A program made the translations under genes and the position numbers. The notes under the pieces were generated by a model that was given only the letters and a program-made list of their open reading frames with translations, did no database searches and was not told where the DNA came from. A stretch of 64,000 nucleotides of DNA from a virus, in the IMG/VR virus record IMGVR_UViG_3300009103_001934, positions 96,001 to 160,000 of that record; one strand, 5' to 3'. Below, in pieces: positions 34,726 to 44,890 of the stretch (positions are counted from its first letter, which is position 1; every line of letters starts with the position of its first letter).

Positions 34726-35610
34726 TTATACGTTTTTTAGGGGATGCGGAGATTGATTGTTCCTTTTCGCGTTTTCGTACTTTTTCTTGAGCACGTATTC
34801 GGCTATGCCTTTATATAGCTCTTCTCGGGAAGGCGGCTCATCAATTATGTTTTGTTTGTTTTTGAGCATTTCTTTTAAAGCCCAAAAGGAGTTTCTTTGG
34901 AAATTGACTTTGTCTTTGTCACTTGTGTTAGAAACGCTTTCCGAATGGACATAATATAGGTGTACGGGCTCTGAGTTATTAGTATGAGCGATAGGTTCAT
35001 GTTTTTTAATGTACTTTAAGTAGTTCCACGCGAGGAGGTCTTCATATCCGCAGTTATTGATTTCGTCTTCTGGAAAGAACTTTCCGTCTTGAGGAAGAAA
35101 ATCGCAGTGAAATAAAGTGGCCCACGGTCCGAATTGTAATTTTTTAGCGGCCGATCGGGCCGTTTTTTTCATTTCCTTGTCCCAGCCGTAGCTTTTAGGC
35201 ACAGACGAGTGTTTTAATCGTTGCCAGCAGCCAACAACATATTTAGAATTATATTTTTTTGCGGTTTCGAGCATCTTTGGGCGCTCCGGTAACATTTGAT
35301 CATCTGCATCCATCATAAGGACCGCGGGATATTCGTCCTTATACTTATGACATTCTTTAATTAATTTGTTTTTCGCTTGACCAACGGTGTCGGCCTTATT
35401 AAAATTAAAAAAATGAACTTTTTGAGCGGTAGATTTAGGAATATATTCTATAATTTCCAAAAGGCTACCGTCAGTACTGCAGTCGTTACCGATAAGAAGT
35501 ACCCACTTGTATTCTTTTAATGAATTTTCAAGGCTATCGAGACACATCTTAAGATACTTCTCAGCGTTATATACTGATAGTAACACTTGAATTCCATCTG
35601 TCGTCCACAT
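34726..35610 (-). CDS. GT2-family glycosyltransferase
   Basis: VLLSVYNAEKYL..CLDS, NDCSTDGS, MDADD, GYED. Confidence 0.9.
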   Translation of the reverse strand: MWTTDGIQVLLSVYNAEKYLKMCLDSLENSLKEYKWVLLIGNDCSTDGSLLEIIEYIPKSTAQKVHFFNFNKADTVGQAKNKLIKECHKYKDEYPAVLMMDADDQMLPERPKMLETAKKYNSKYVVGCWQRLKHSSVPKSYGWDKEMKKTARSAAKKLQFGPWATLFHCDFLPQDGKFFPEDEINNCGYEDLLAWNYLKYIKKHEPIAHTNNSEPVHLYYVHSESVSNTSDKDKVNFQRNSFWALKEMLKNKQNIIDEPPSREELYKGIAEYVLKKKYENAKRNNQSPHPLKNV

Positions 35611-35658
35611 TTTAGTTTTTAGTTGATTTCTTTGCAGAAAAAGTATATTATATATTAC

Positions 35659-36375
35659 ATGAAATCTTTCATTTTTGCAACATCTTACATAGACAGTGAC
35701 GAAAAATATGAAAAAAGATACTTAAAATGGATTAATTACCACAAGACTCTTCCTTTCGCAGAAGATAAACAGATTTTCCTCATGGACGATGGCTCACCCG
35801 AAGAGTATGTCTCTAGATTCGAAGCGAAAATAATCAAACCAGAAGAAATCAATACAAATTATAAAGTTCCCCAAGGAAAATTGTGGCTAGACAAAGTTAA
35901 CGTCTACCATTTTGACCAAAGACTAGGCATTAACCCCAAAGACAACACCCCGGGTATTTATGGAAGCACCTTGGGGTGGTACAGAAGCGTTTTCGAAACA
36001 GTCAAAATCGCTCGTAAATTTCAATATGATAAAATTATTCATGTTGAATCCGACGCTTATTTAATTTCCAAACAAATATGTACTTTTATTGACGCTTTAG
36101 ACTCGGGATGGACAGCGTTATGGTGCCCTAAGTACTCTTTTCCGGAGACTTCTATACAAATTATTTGTAAAGATCAATTTGATAAACTAGAAGAGCTAAG
36201 AAATGCGGATTTAAATCAATTTAAAAATCTTCAAGCAGAATGGAACCTTCCAATTAGTCAGGTAGCAAAGTCTTTTGAGGGAGATAGGTATGGAGAAATG
36301 ACAAATAAACAATTACCGGGAATAGATTACTATTGTCAGTGTGGATTGGACACAATTTTAAAATACAAAGGCTAA
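35659..36375 (+). CDS. Glycosyltransferase-like hypothetical protein
   Basis: MDDGSP and HVESD (DxD-like). Lies in the glycan cluster. Confidence 0.55.
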   Translation: MKSFIFATSYIDSDEKYEKRYLKWINYHKTLPFAEDKQIFLMDDGSPEEYVSRFEAKIIKPEEINTNYKVPQGKLWLDKVNVYHFDQRLGINPKDNTPGIYGSTLGWYRSVFETVKIARKFQYDKIIHVESDAYLISKQICTFIDALDSGWTALWCPKYSFPETSIQIICKDQFDKLEELRNADLNQFKNLQAEWNLPISQVAKSFEGDRYGEMTNKQLPGIDYYCQCGLDTILKYKG

Positions 36376-37241
36376 TGAAAGGAATAATTTTAACTGGAGG
36401 GCACGGCTCAAGACTTTACCCCTCTACCTTGGCGACAAATAAACAGCTTTTGCCTGTATTTGATAAGCCTATGATTTATTATCCCATTACGACTTTAATA
36501 GAAAATGGAGTAAATGACATTTGTATTATTACTAATCCCGTATCTACATCAAATTTCAAACAACTGTTGGGGGATGGATCCCAGTGGGGTGTAAAAATTT
36601 CATATAAAGTTCAGAAACATCCGAATGGGATACCCGAGGCGTTTATAATTGCTAAAAGTTTTTTAAATAAAAACGAAGGAGTAACGTTAGTACTTGGTGA
36701 TAACATATATTCTGGAGCAAATGATATTTTAACTGACGCTTTTCTTAATTTTAGCTCTGGCGGAACCGTATTTGGTTATAGAGTAGAAGATCCGGAAAGG
36801 TACGGTGTTGTAGAAATGAGCGGAAACAAAGTTTTGTCCATAGAAGAAAAACCTAAAAAGCCTAAAAGTAATTATGCGATACCGGGACTCTATATTTTTG
36901 ATTATGAAGTAATAGAAATTGCAGAAAAATTAAAGCCCTCTAAACGCGGCGAACTTGAGATTACAGACGTTATAAAAGCGTACCTGCGTGATGATACTCT
37001 AAGCGTATTTAAACTTCCTAGGGGCACTGTGTGGCTCGATGCGGGTACTTCTAGTAGCTTGTTTGACAGCTCCGCATACGTTCAAGCTATCGAAAAGCGG
37101 CAAGGAATAAAAATTGGCTGTCCAGAGGAAGCAACATACAATCAGGGCAATATAAACAAAACACAATTAAGAAAACTAATAAAAAATATTCCTAATTCTG
37201 AATATAAGAATTACTTATCAACGGTATTAAAATATGAATAA
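36375..37241 (+). CDS. rmlA: Glucose-1-phosphate thymidylyltransferase
   Basis: GIILTGGHGSRLYP, KQLLPVFDKPMIYY, LGDNI, EEKP..PKSNYA, RGELEITD, WLDAGT. Confidence 0.97.
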   Translation: MKGIILTGGHGSRLYPSTLATNKQLLPVFDKPMIYYPITTLIENGVNDICIITNPVSTSNFKQLLGDGSQWGVKISYKVQKHPNGIPEAFIIAKSFLNKNEGVTLVLGDNIYSGANDILTDAFLNFSSGGTVFGYRVEDPERYGVVEMSGNKVLSIEEKPKKPKSNYAIPGLYIFDYEVIEIAEKLKPSKRGELEITDVIKAYLRDDTLSVFKLPRGTVWLDAGTSSSLFDSSAYVQAIEKRQGIKIGCPEEATYNQGNINKTQLRKLIKNIPNSEYKNYLSTVLKYE

Positions 37242-37440
37242 AGACTTTTATAATGATTTTATGTCTCCTATACCAAAACATCTCACGCCAGAAGAGAGAG
37301 AAGAGTGGGAAAAGGAACTAGAGTGGGAGCGACAGGAAAGAAAAAGAAGGGAAAAAGAGGGTTTTTACGGAGAAAAACCCAAAAAGAAGGTTATTGGTTG
37401 GAAAACTATACAAAATTTATTTAGGAGAAAGAAAAAATGA
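37234..37440 (+). CDS. Charged hypothetical protein
   Basis: Overlaps both neighbours. Confidence 0.55.
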   Translation: MNKDFYNDFMSPIPKHLTPEEREEWEKELEWERQERKRREKEGFYGEKPKKKVIGWKTIQNLFRRKKK

Positions 37441-38348
37441 TATTCTTAATAGGAGGAACCGGTTATATAGGCAGCCAATTTGCCACAGACTTAGAAAGAA
37501 GAGGTATAGAATACCTGAATCTTTCAAGAAGCGAATATGATTATTATAATTATGATTTGTTTTTACAATTATTGAAACAATATAAACCAGATTTCGTAAT
37601 TAATTGCGCTGGATATACAGGTAAGCCTAACGTAGACGCTTGCGAGTACTTTCAAGAAGAAACTTACAAAGGAAATGTCACTCTTCCCGCTGTAATTGGC
37701 AAGGCTTGCGAAATGACAGATACTCCTTGGGGGCATGTTTCGTCCGGATGCATCTATAATGGCTACAAAAAGGACTTTACAGAGAAAGACGACCCTAATT
37801 TCTGTTTTGATATGCCTCCCTGTAGTCATTACAGCGGAACCAAGGCTCTCGGCGAGCAAAGGGTACAGGAAATCGGCGGTGAATACTATATTTGGCGCTT
37901 AAGAATAGCTTTTGATGAATTCGATAACCCAAGAAATTACCTTACCAAGTTGCTAAGCTATCCAAGATTACTCGACGCTAAGAATTCTATTTCACATAGG
38001 GCTGATTTTGCTAAGTATTGTAATGATTTGTGGCTACATGAATGTGAATTAGGTATTTATAACGTTGTTAACACAAATGCCGTATCAACTAAACAAGTTA
38101 CTGATAGAATAAACAAATATCTTAAAATTAACAAAAACTTTGATTTCTTTAAAGATGAGAAAGAGATGTATGAGTTTGCAGCTAATACCCCTAGGTCTAA
38201 CTGTATATTAGATAATTCTAAATTAAGAAAGCAATTAGGTAAACACAACATTAAAGTAAGAACAACTCTCAAGGCGATAGAGCACGCGTTGAAGAACTGG
38301 ACGGGAGAAAATGAAGATAGCAGTGTTGACAAGTCTTTTTGGGAGTGA
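37437..38348 (+). CDS. RmlD-like SDR, NRS/ER-type (probable 3,5-epimerase/4-reductase)
   Basis: GGTGYIG, NCAGYTGKPNVDACE, SSGCIY, YSGTK. Confidence 0.8.
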   Translation: MIFLIGGTGYIGSQFATDLERRGIEYLNLSRSEYDYYNYDLFLQLLKQYKPDFVINCAGYTGKPNVDACEYFQEETYKGNVTLPAVIGKACEMTDTPWGHVSSGCIYNGYKKDFTEKDDPNFCFDMPPCSHYSGTKALGEQRVQEIGGEYYIWRLRIAFDEFDNPRNYLTKLLSYPRLLDAKNSISHRADFAKYCNDLWLHECELGIYNVVNTNAVSTKQVTDRINKYLKINKNFDFFKDEKEMYEFAANTPRSNCILDNSKLRKQLGKHNIKVRTTLKAIEHALKNWTGENEDSSVDKSFWE

Positions 38349-39039
38349 GCACGATCTCTTTCCCTTAGCGAATCCATACGAAAGCGCAGATTACTACGCA
38401 TTCGTCGATCGTGACCATCCGAATGCGGAAGGCTGGCGGCTAATTAATTCTCCTGACTTTTCTATTTGCGACTCTGTATACTATAATAGAAGAAATGCTA
38501 AAATATATAAAGTAGCCCCCAGTTTATTTTTGCCAGATTATGATTATTATATTTGGATGGATGCTTGTAATTGTCTTTCTATAGATCCTAAAGAACTAAT
38601 AGAAGGATATGTGGGAGAATCAGATTTAGGACTGTTTGCCCATCCCCATAGAAACTGTCTTTATGAAGAAGCGCAAGTAATATATCAATATGAATTAGAT
38701 TTACCTGAAATCGTACAAGACCAGATGAACGCTTATAAGATGTCACGCTTTCCTAGTAATTATGGTTTATATGAATTATCTTGTTTTATTATGAAAAACA
38801 ACGAAACCACACGCAAGATGGGTCTCATGTGGTGGGAGCAAATCTGCCGTTTTAGTTCTAGAGATCAAATTAGTTTTCCTTTTGTCTTGGCACAAGTACA
38901 AGAGGAATTAAACATTTCCATTCTTCCCGGATACGTTCATCATGAAGATGGAAATAAGCTTTTCCTTTTCTTAGATAAACATGGACAGCCTACTGAATGG
39001 GCTAACCGAGCATCCCTTGTGAAAAGGCAAAATTTATAA
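38311..39039 (+). CDS. DUF616/TOD1-like glycosyltransferase
   Basis: AKIYK, YIWMDA, HPHRNCLYEEA, SRDQISF. Confidence 0.75.
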   Translation: MKIAVLTSLFGSEHDLFPLANPYESADYYAFVDRDHPNAEGWRLINSPDFSICDSVYYNRRNAKIYKVAPSLFLPDYDYYIWMDACNCLSIDPKELIEGYVGESDLGLFAHPHRNCLYEEAQVIYQYELDLPEIVQDQMNAYKMSRFPSNYGLYELSCFIMKNNETTRKMGLMWWEQICRFSSRDQISFPFVLAQVQEELNISILPGYVHHEDGNKLFLFLDKHGQPTEWANRASLVKRQNL

Positions 39040-40370
39040 TGTGCAGTATATATTCGTCAAATATTGATCAAGATAATTATGATGATATTAATTTCTTGTT
39101 AAAGCCTAGAGGTCCAGATAATACGTCTATAGAGCGTGTCTCTCATGGTTTTACCCTAATACATAATTTATTGAGCATAACTGGGGAATATACTATCCAG
39201 CCCTTTATCGAAGATGATATTGCATGTTTGTATAATGGGGAAATTTATAACTTTAAAGAATTTGGAGATTATAAAAGCGACGGCTTATGTTTAATAGATT
39301 TATATCGAGAATATGGAGAACAATTCGTACGAAAGCTTGATGGCGAATTCGCAATTCAAATATTTGATTTTAAAAACAACAAAATTCTAATATCGTCGGA
39401 TATTTTTAGGACTAAGCCTTTATTTTACTCTATAGATTACGACAAGTTTGGATGTAGCACTTTTCGGACTCCTTTAGAGCTATCTGGACACAAAAATATC
39501 AAGAAAATGCCGCCCAATACAACCAAGGTGTTTGATCTAAGCAGTCTGGACTTAATCGCTGAATATCCGATATATGAATTCGACTTGGATCAGAATAAAA
39601 ATTATTACGATGATTGGAATATCGCATTTGAAAAATCTATATCCAAAAGGGTCTCAAATACGGCCTGTGAGGTCTTTATGGGCCTTAGCAGCGGGTATGA
39701 CAGTGGCGCGATATGTAACGAGCTCATACGCCAATCTGCGCCTTTTAAAACGTATACTGTGATGGGGTCTGAAGACGAAAAAGTCATGAGCGAAAGATTC
39801 TTTATTTTAGATTCTAATGAAGGGTGTTCTTATGCAAAGCTAGACAAAACAACAGATAATTTGACAAGAAACTATGAGCATATTAAGAGGTATACTGATC
39901 ATTTTGTTTATACCATTAAGTCTTCTCGTGGATATACTGATTTTATTAAGTTAATAGATGATGCTGGTTCTTCTTGGTTATCTTTCGTATGTGAAGAAGC
40001 TAAAAAAGAAAATAGAAAAATTTACCTTTCTGGAATGGGGGCGGACGAAATATTTTCAGATTATGGATTTAATGGTAAGCCTAAATTTAGACACAGTAAT
40101 TTCGGGGGGCTATTTCCTAAAGACTTGACTACGATATTTCCGTGGAATAGCTTTTATGGTAGTACTATGGAATCTTATCTAGCTAAAGAAGAATATGTCG
40201 CTGGCGCGCACGGACTGGAAGGCCGTTATCCATTTTTAGACAAAGAGGTCGTGCAAGAATTTCTCAATTTATCCGAAGATATTAAGAACTACTCTTATAA
40301 GAGTGTTTTAGATAATTATTTATCAAAGCATGAGTATCCTTATGAAATCGGTAAGAAAAGGGGCTTTTAG
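39039..40370 (+). CDS. Asparagine synthetase-like glutamine amidotransferase
   Basis: N-terminal Cys2, RGPD, NGEIYN, LDGEFA, LSSGYDS PP-loop, SGMGADEIF, RYPFLD. Confidence 0.9.
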   Translation: MCSIYSSNIDQDNYDDINFLLKPRGPDNTSIERVSHGFTLIHNLLSITGEYTIQPFIEDDIACLYNGEIYNFKEFGDYKSDGLCLIDLYREYGEQFVRKLDGEFAIQIFDFKNNKILISSDIFRTKPLFYSIDYDKFGCSTFRTPLELSGHKNIKKMPPNTTKVFDLSSLDLIAEYPIYEFDLDQNKNYYDDWNIAFEKSISKRVSNTACEVFMGLSSGYDSGAICNELIRQSAPFKTYTVMGSEDEKVMSERFFILDSNEGCSYAKLDKTTDNLTRNYEHIKRYTDHFVYTIKSSRGYTDFIKLIDDAGSSWLSFVCEEAKKENRKIYLSGMGADEIFSDYGFNGKPKFRHSNFGGLFPKDLTTIFPWNSFYGSTMESYLAKEEYVAGAHGLEGRYPFLDKEVVQEFLNLSEDIKNYSYKSVLDNYLSKHEYPYEIGKKRGF

Positions 40371-40395
40371 GAGCGTAAGGGGTGTAATAATTATT

Positions 40396-40920
40396 ATGTC
40401 GCACAGAAAACAAAGACATTACTGTAATGAAATTAGGGATATTTTCCCGAATCATTTCAACGGTAAAAAAGTTTTAGAAGTCGGTTCTCTAGACATTAAT
40501 GGTAACAATAATCGTTTGTTCGAAAATTGTGAATTATTGAGAATAGATTTAGGTCCGGGCAAAAACGTAGACTTAGTATGCCATGGGGCAGATCTAGATC
40601 ACCCAGACAATAGTTACGAAACAATTTTATCAACAGAGGCTTTCGAACATGATAGCAGGCTAGAAGAGACACTAAAAAATATTATCAGGCTTTTATCAAA
40701 CGGGGGGTTATTCATCTTTACTTGCGCTGGCATAGGAAGAAAAGAACACGGGACAAGCGCGTATCATTCTTTCGCTAGCCCCTATACCCTAGATTTCTAT
40801 AAAAACCGCTCAGAAGACGAAATCAGGCGAATAATCGACATCGACGAAACTTTCGAGACATACGAATTTCAATTTAATGCGACCTCTTCAGATCTTTATT
40901 TTTGGGGGATTAAAAAATGA
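40396..40920 (+). CDS. Class I SAM methyltransferase
   Basis: VLEVGSLDING, GKNVDLV, TEAFEHD. ATG follows GTGTAA at 40382. Confidence 0.85.
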   Translation: MSHRKQRHYCNEIRDIFPNHFNGKKVLEVGSLDINGNNNRLFENCELLRIDLGPGKNVDLVCHGADLDHPDNSYETILSTEAFEHDSRLEETLKNIIRLLSNGGLFIFTCAGIGRKEHGTSAYHSFASPYTLDFYKNRSEDEIRRIIDIDETFETYEFQFNATSSDLYFWGIKK

Positions 40921-41891
40921 ATTTACTAATTACAGGTGGCGCGGGGTTCATAGGGACCAATTTTGTTAAGATGATGCTCAAAAAAAGGGCTGGTCAAAAA
41001 TTAATGGTTGTTATGGATAGCTTAACCTACGCTTCGGACTACAAAAACATTAAAGAAGATATTTACGATCATCCCAAATTAAAATTTGCAAATGTTGATA
41101 TAAGAGACTCTAGATATGTAAACGCTACGTTTGAAAAATATGGTATAACTCATGTTGTTCATTTTGCTGCAGAATCTCACGTCGATAATTCTATCCTTGG
41201 CCCAAAAACGTTTATCGAAACAAATGTGCTAGGAACGCTTAACCTTTTAGAGGCGGCGAAGACATACCAAGTAGAAAGATTCCATCACATTTCCACAGAC
41301 GAAGTGTTCGGCCACTTGGGTGACAAAGGTAAGTTCTCAGAAAATACCCCTTATGCTCCTAGGAACCCATATTCTGCTTCTAAGGCGGCTTCTGATCATT
41401 TGGTTAGATCATACTACTATACCTATGAACTGCCCGTAACGATATCAAACTGCTCCAATAACTACGGTCCCTATCAGCATGATGAAAAGTTTATTCCAAC
41501 AATCATCAATTCGATATTGAAAAGAAAAAAGATTCCCCTATATGGACAAGGTTTAAATGTAAGAGATTGGATTCATGCAGAAGATCACTGTAATGCGCTG
41601 TTAACTATTTTAAAAAAGGGCAAAGTGGGAGAAACATATAATATTGGTGCTGACTGCGAAATGAGAAATCTTGATGTAGTTAACTTAATATGCGAGATCT
41701 TAAAGGTAGAGCCTGACGACTGTATAGAATTTGTCTGTGATCGATTAGGGCATGATTTTAGATATGCAATAGATTCATCTAGAATCAGAAAAGAATTGAG
41801 ATGGAAGCCTAAAATTTCATTCGAAAAAGGTATACTTAAAACCGTATCTTATTACAAAAGTAAGTATGATACTGAATTTAGAGACTTATAG
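40917..41891 (+). CDS. rmlB: dTDP-glucose 4,6-dehydratase
   Basis: TGGAGFIG, HFAAESHVD, ISTDEV, YSASK, NCSNNYGP, RDWIH, DRLGHDFRYA. Confidence 0.97.
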   Translation: MNLLITGGAGFIGTNFVKMMLKKRAGQKLMVVMDSLTYASDYKNIKEDIYDHPKLKFANVDIRDSRYVNATFEKYGITHVVHFAAESHVDNSILGPKTFIETNVLGTLNLLEAAKTYQVERFHHISTDEVFGHLGDKGKFSENTPYAPRNPYSASKAASDHLVRSYYYTYELPVTISNCSNNYGPYQHDEKFIPTIINSILKRKKIPLYGQGLNVRDWIHAEDHCNALLTILKKGKVGETYNIGADCEMRNLDVVNLICEILKVEPDDCIEFVCDRLGHDFRYAIDSSRIRKELRWKPKISFEKGILKTVSYYKSKYDTEFRDL

Positions 41892-41907
41892 TGTGTAATT
41901 ATAATTA

Positions 41908-42699
41908 ATGCCTACTAAGAAGACTAATTCTGATGGTAAGGTTAAGATCCGACGCGACCGAGAGTTTGCAGAACATCTAAACGAAACTGAAAACAAATTT
42001 GTCCCAGATAATCCAATCAAAAGACAAATTAAAATTAACCAACTACCGTGGACTGATAAGCAAAAAGAGTTTTTCCGAATAGCGCTAGATTATCATACTA
42101 AGATAGTCTTTGTTAATGGACCAGCGGGTACATCTAAGACTTTGTTATCGGTCTATTGTGGATTACAGCTTTTAAATATGAAAGCTATCTCAGATATTAT
42201 GTATTTGAGATCCGCAGTAGAAAGTTCTGAATCTAAACTGGGTTTTCTCCCGGGGTCAGCAGACGATAAACTAAAATTTTATAACTTGCCATTTTTAGAT
42301 AAATTAGACGAGCTACTAATAACTACCAAGCCCGAAAAGCTAGAAGAGGAAAAAAGAGTTTCCATGTTTCCAGTAAACTTCGCAAGAGGAATGAACTGGA
42401 AAGGTAAATGCATTATTTTAGATGAAGCGCAAAACTCTACCATGAAGGAGATTACGACCGTTCTTACTAGAATGGGTGAGGGGAGCAGATGCTTTGTATT
42501 GGCGGACCCTATGCAAACCGACTTGAGAGCAGACTATCAACAGGGAGCCTTCGAAAAGTTAGGGGGTATATTCTCCGATGAGGAAAGCATGAATATGGGG
42601 ATTTATAATTTTAACTTTACTGAAGAAGATATTATGAGGTCTGAATTAGTTAAGTTTATCGTTCGAAAAATCAACCGAGAGGGAGAGAACCATGAGTGA
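41908..42699 (+). CDS. phoH: PhoH-like ATPase
   Basis: GPAGTSKT, GFLPG, FARG, LDEAQN, LTRMG, DPMQTD, IMRSELV. Confidence 0.9.
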   Translation: MPTKKTNSDGKVKIRRDREFAEHLNETENKFVPDNPIKRQIKINQLPWTDKQKEFFRIALDYHTKIVFVNGPAGTSKTLLSVYCGLQLLNMKAISDIMYLRSAVESSESKLGFLPGSADDKLKFYNLPFLDKLDELLITTKPEKLEEEKRVSMFPVNFARGMNWKGKCIILDEAQNSTMKEITTVLTRMGEGSRCFVLADPMQTDLRADYQQGAFEKLGGIFSDEESMNMGIYNFNFTEEDIMRSELVKFIVRKINREGENHE

Positions 42700-43471
42700 A
42701 GAAGTAAAAAGAACTAAAAAAGAAATAGAAGCTGATTTGCTCTTAAAGCAAGCAGAGTTAGATCAGAAACTAGCCGAAATAGAAAAGACCAAGGCTGAGA
42801 CAGAAAAAATGCAAGCTGAAGCCGGAAAGGCTCACCTCGAATATGAGAAGGCCCACAATAACAGGAGCAAAGAGCTATATACAGATGAAGAAAATTATTT
42901 ATATAGATTTTCTAAAGACGTTTCTCATCACTCAGTTCAGGCCTGTATGAGTAAGCTTACAGAATGGCACAGAAAGGATCCAAAGTGCGCAATAGAAATT
43001 ATCTTCTCATCTCCCGGAGGAAGTATTATTGATGGATTTGAATTATTCGATTTCATACAAGAGCTTAGGCAAAAGGGGCACAAAATAACTACGGGCTCCT
43101 TGGGCATGGCCGCTTCCATGGCAGGCATCTTATTGCAAGCGGGAGACGTAAGGTGGATCGGGCATCAAGCATGGATGATGATCCATAGGGCTGCATTCGG
43201 AGCGATTGGTAAAACATATGAGGTGGAAGATGAAGTAAGGTTGGTAAAAAGAATTGAAGGAAGAATTTTAGATATCTTTACTTCTAGATCTAACCTAACT
43301 AAAATTAAAATAAAAAGAAATTGGGACAGAAAAGACTGGTGGATAGACGCTGACGAAGCTGTATCTTTAGGGTTAGTCGACGAAATTCGAGCGATGATGC
43401 CTGAGCACCAAAATAATAAAAAAATAACAAAGAAAGTAAAAGCAAATGTACGGAAGACTAAAAGATCCTGA
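42692..43471 (+). CDS. clpP: ClpP-family serine protease with N-terminal coiled coil
   Basis: SPGGS, AASMA (catalytic Ser), MIH, WIDADEA..GLVD. Confidence 0.85.
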   Translation: MSEEVKRTKKEIEADLLLKQAELDQKLAEIEKTKAETEKMQAEAGKAHLEYEKAHNNRSKELYTDEENYLYRFSKDVSHHSVQACMSKLTEWHRKDPKCAIEIIFSSPGGSIIDGFELFDFIQELRQKGHKITTGSLGMAASMAGILLQAGDVRWIGHQAWMMIHRAAFGAIGKTYEVEDEVRLVKRIEGRILDIFTSRSNLTKIKIKRNWDRKDWWIDADEAVSLGLVDEIRAMMPEHQNNKKITKKVKANVRKTKRS

Positions 43472-43590
43472 AAAATACGGAGCGTGGACTAGAGCAATTA
43501 AGAGTTGGCTTAAAAAAGCTTGGAAAAAAATTAGACATTATTGCTGTAGCGTGGGATTATGTACTATAGATAAGTGCAAATGCTCATGTC

Positions 43591-44301
43591 ATGAGAGTAA
43601 GTAGCAAACATAAGTTTATATTCCTCAGTAATCCTAAGTGCGGATCTACAAGTATAGATTACGCTTTACAAGATTATTCTACCTTCGGGCACGAACACTG
43701 TAGGCCTGACGAAAACTATGTCCCTCCAGAAGACGGAGGATTTGATAATAGAGCAATACGACATATTAACGCTTACCAACTAAAAGTTTACTTTGATCAC
43801 ATGAAATCTACGGACGACAGTGATTTTGATTGGGAGTGGGATAATTATTATAAATTTACCACAATCCGAAATCCTTGGGAAAAAATGGTGTCCTATTATT
43901 TTCTCTCCAAGCCCGATAAAGATAACAACTTCTTTATGGAAGTGGATAAGTGGAATAAAGACACAGCATTTAGCAACGGATTTAATAGTTGGCTAAAGTG
44001 GGTTATATCCCTCCACGGACTCCCTTCTTACGAATACTTTTGTTTAAATCACGAAACGAAAGAAGAAATGATTGATGAAGTCTTTGACGTGGCCGAAATA
44101 AATGGAGGACTAATTACTAAACTAAATGAATTAGGATTGGATATTGAAGAAATTCCCAAAAGGCAACCTATGAGCTTAGAGGTAACTGCTTCGAACATAA
44201 CGGAAGACTATTTTTCTTTGTATAATACAGAATCAAAAGAAATTATAGAAAAAGTGTATGCCTCAGATATAGATAAGTTCGGCTATACTTTTGGGGCTTA
44301 A
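43591..44301 (+). CDS. Sulfotransferase (Sulfotransfer_2-like)
   Basis: 5'-PSB PKCGSTS, 3'-PB IRNPWEKMVS, YASDI.KFGY. Confidence 0.8.
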   Translation: MRVSSKHKFIFLSNPKCGSTSIDYALQDYSTFGHEHCRPDENYVPPEDGGFDNRAIRHINAYQLKVYFDHMKSTDDSDFDWEWDNYYKFTTIRNPWEKMVSYYFLSKPDKDNNFFMEVDKWNKDTAFSNGFNSWLKWVISLHGLPSYEYFCLNHETKEEMIDEVFDVAEINGGLITKLNELGLDIEEIPKRQPMSLEVTASNITEDYFSLYNTESKEIIEKVYASDIDKFGYTFGA

Positions 44302-44462
44302 TTTAGCCGTCTTTCTATTAGAACTTTAAGTTCATGCGCTATATTATTAACCCTTATTGAATAAGCTCTGATCTCATCATCTGTATCTTTACAGTAATGT
44401 AGAGATAACTTCATAATCTCCTCAGCCTTTTCTGCAGCTTCCTTTTTAGCCAAGTTATCCAT
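44298..44462 (-). CDS. 54-aa helical hypothetical protein (not in ORF track)
   Basis: MDNLAKKEAAEKAEEIMKLS... fills the gap. Confidence 0.45.
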   Translation of the reverse strand: MDNLAKKEAAEKAEEIMKLSLHYCKDTDDEIRAYSIRVNNIAHELKVLIERRLN

Positions 44463-44530
44463 ATCTTATTTTAGCCTAAAGTTAGAAAAAATTAATAAAA
44501 TATTTCAAATATGTGGTATAATAAGTAGAT

Positions 44531-44890
44531 ATGTTAAAAATATATTGTCAAAAATGCGGGGGCTTAAATGCTTATGTCTCAGAAAAGCCAAAATTCTGCC
44601 AAAAATGTGGTAATACTTTCGGCTCAATAGGCGCACCAAAAAAACTTGAAAAACAGGCGCGAGCTTTTGCTGAAGATGAAGATTTAGAAATACATCATAT
44701 CCCCGATATTGATGGATTGTTGGTAGACATAGATGTAGCCGGACCCAGTAGTAGCACAATCGGTAATATTGCCGGAACGAATAAAGAAGGATTAAAAATA
44801 GAGCGGAGAGAGTTATCTCCGGAAGAAGCCAATATGGACCCCGTGGCTGAGTTAAAAAGAGAAGGGTCAACACTAAGACAAAATGAATAA
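44531..44890 (+). CDS. Zinc-ribbon protein
   Basis: CQKCG...CQKCG. Confidence 0.7.
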   Translation: MLKIYCQKCGGLNAYVSEKPKFCQKCGNTFGSIGAPKKLEKQARAFAEDEDLEIHHIPDIDGLLVDIDVAGPSSSTIGNIAGTNKEGLKIERRELSPEEANMDPVAELKREGSTLRQNE

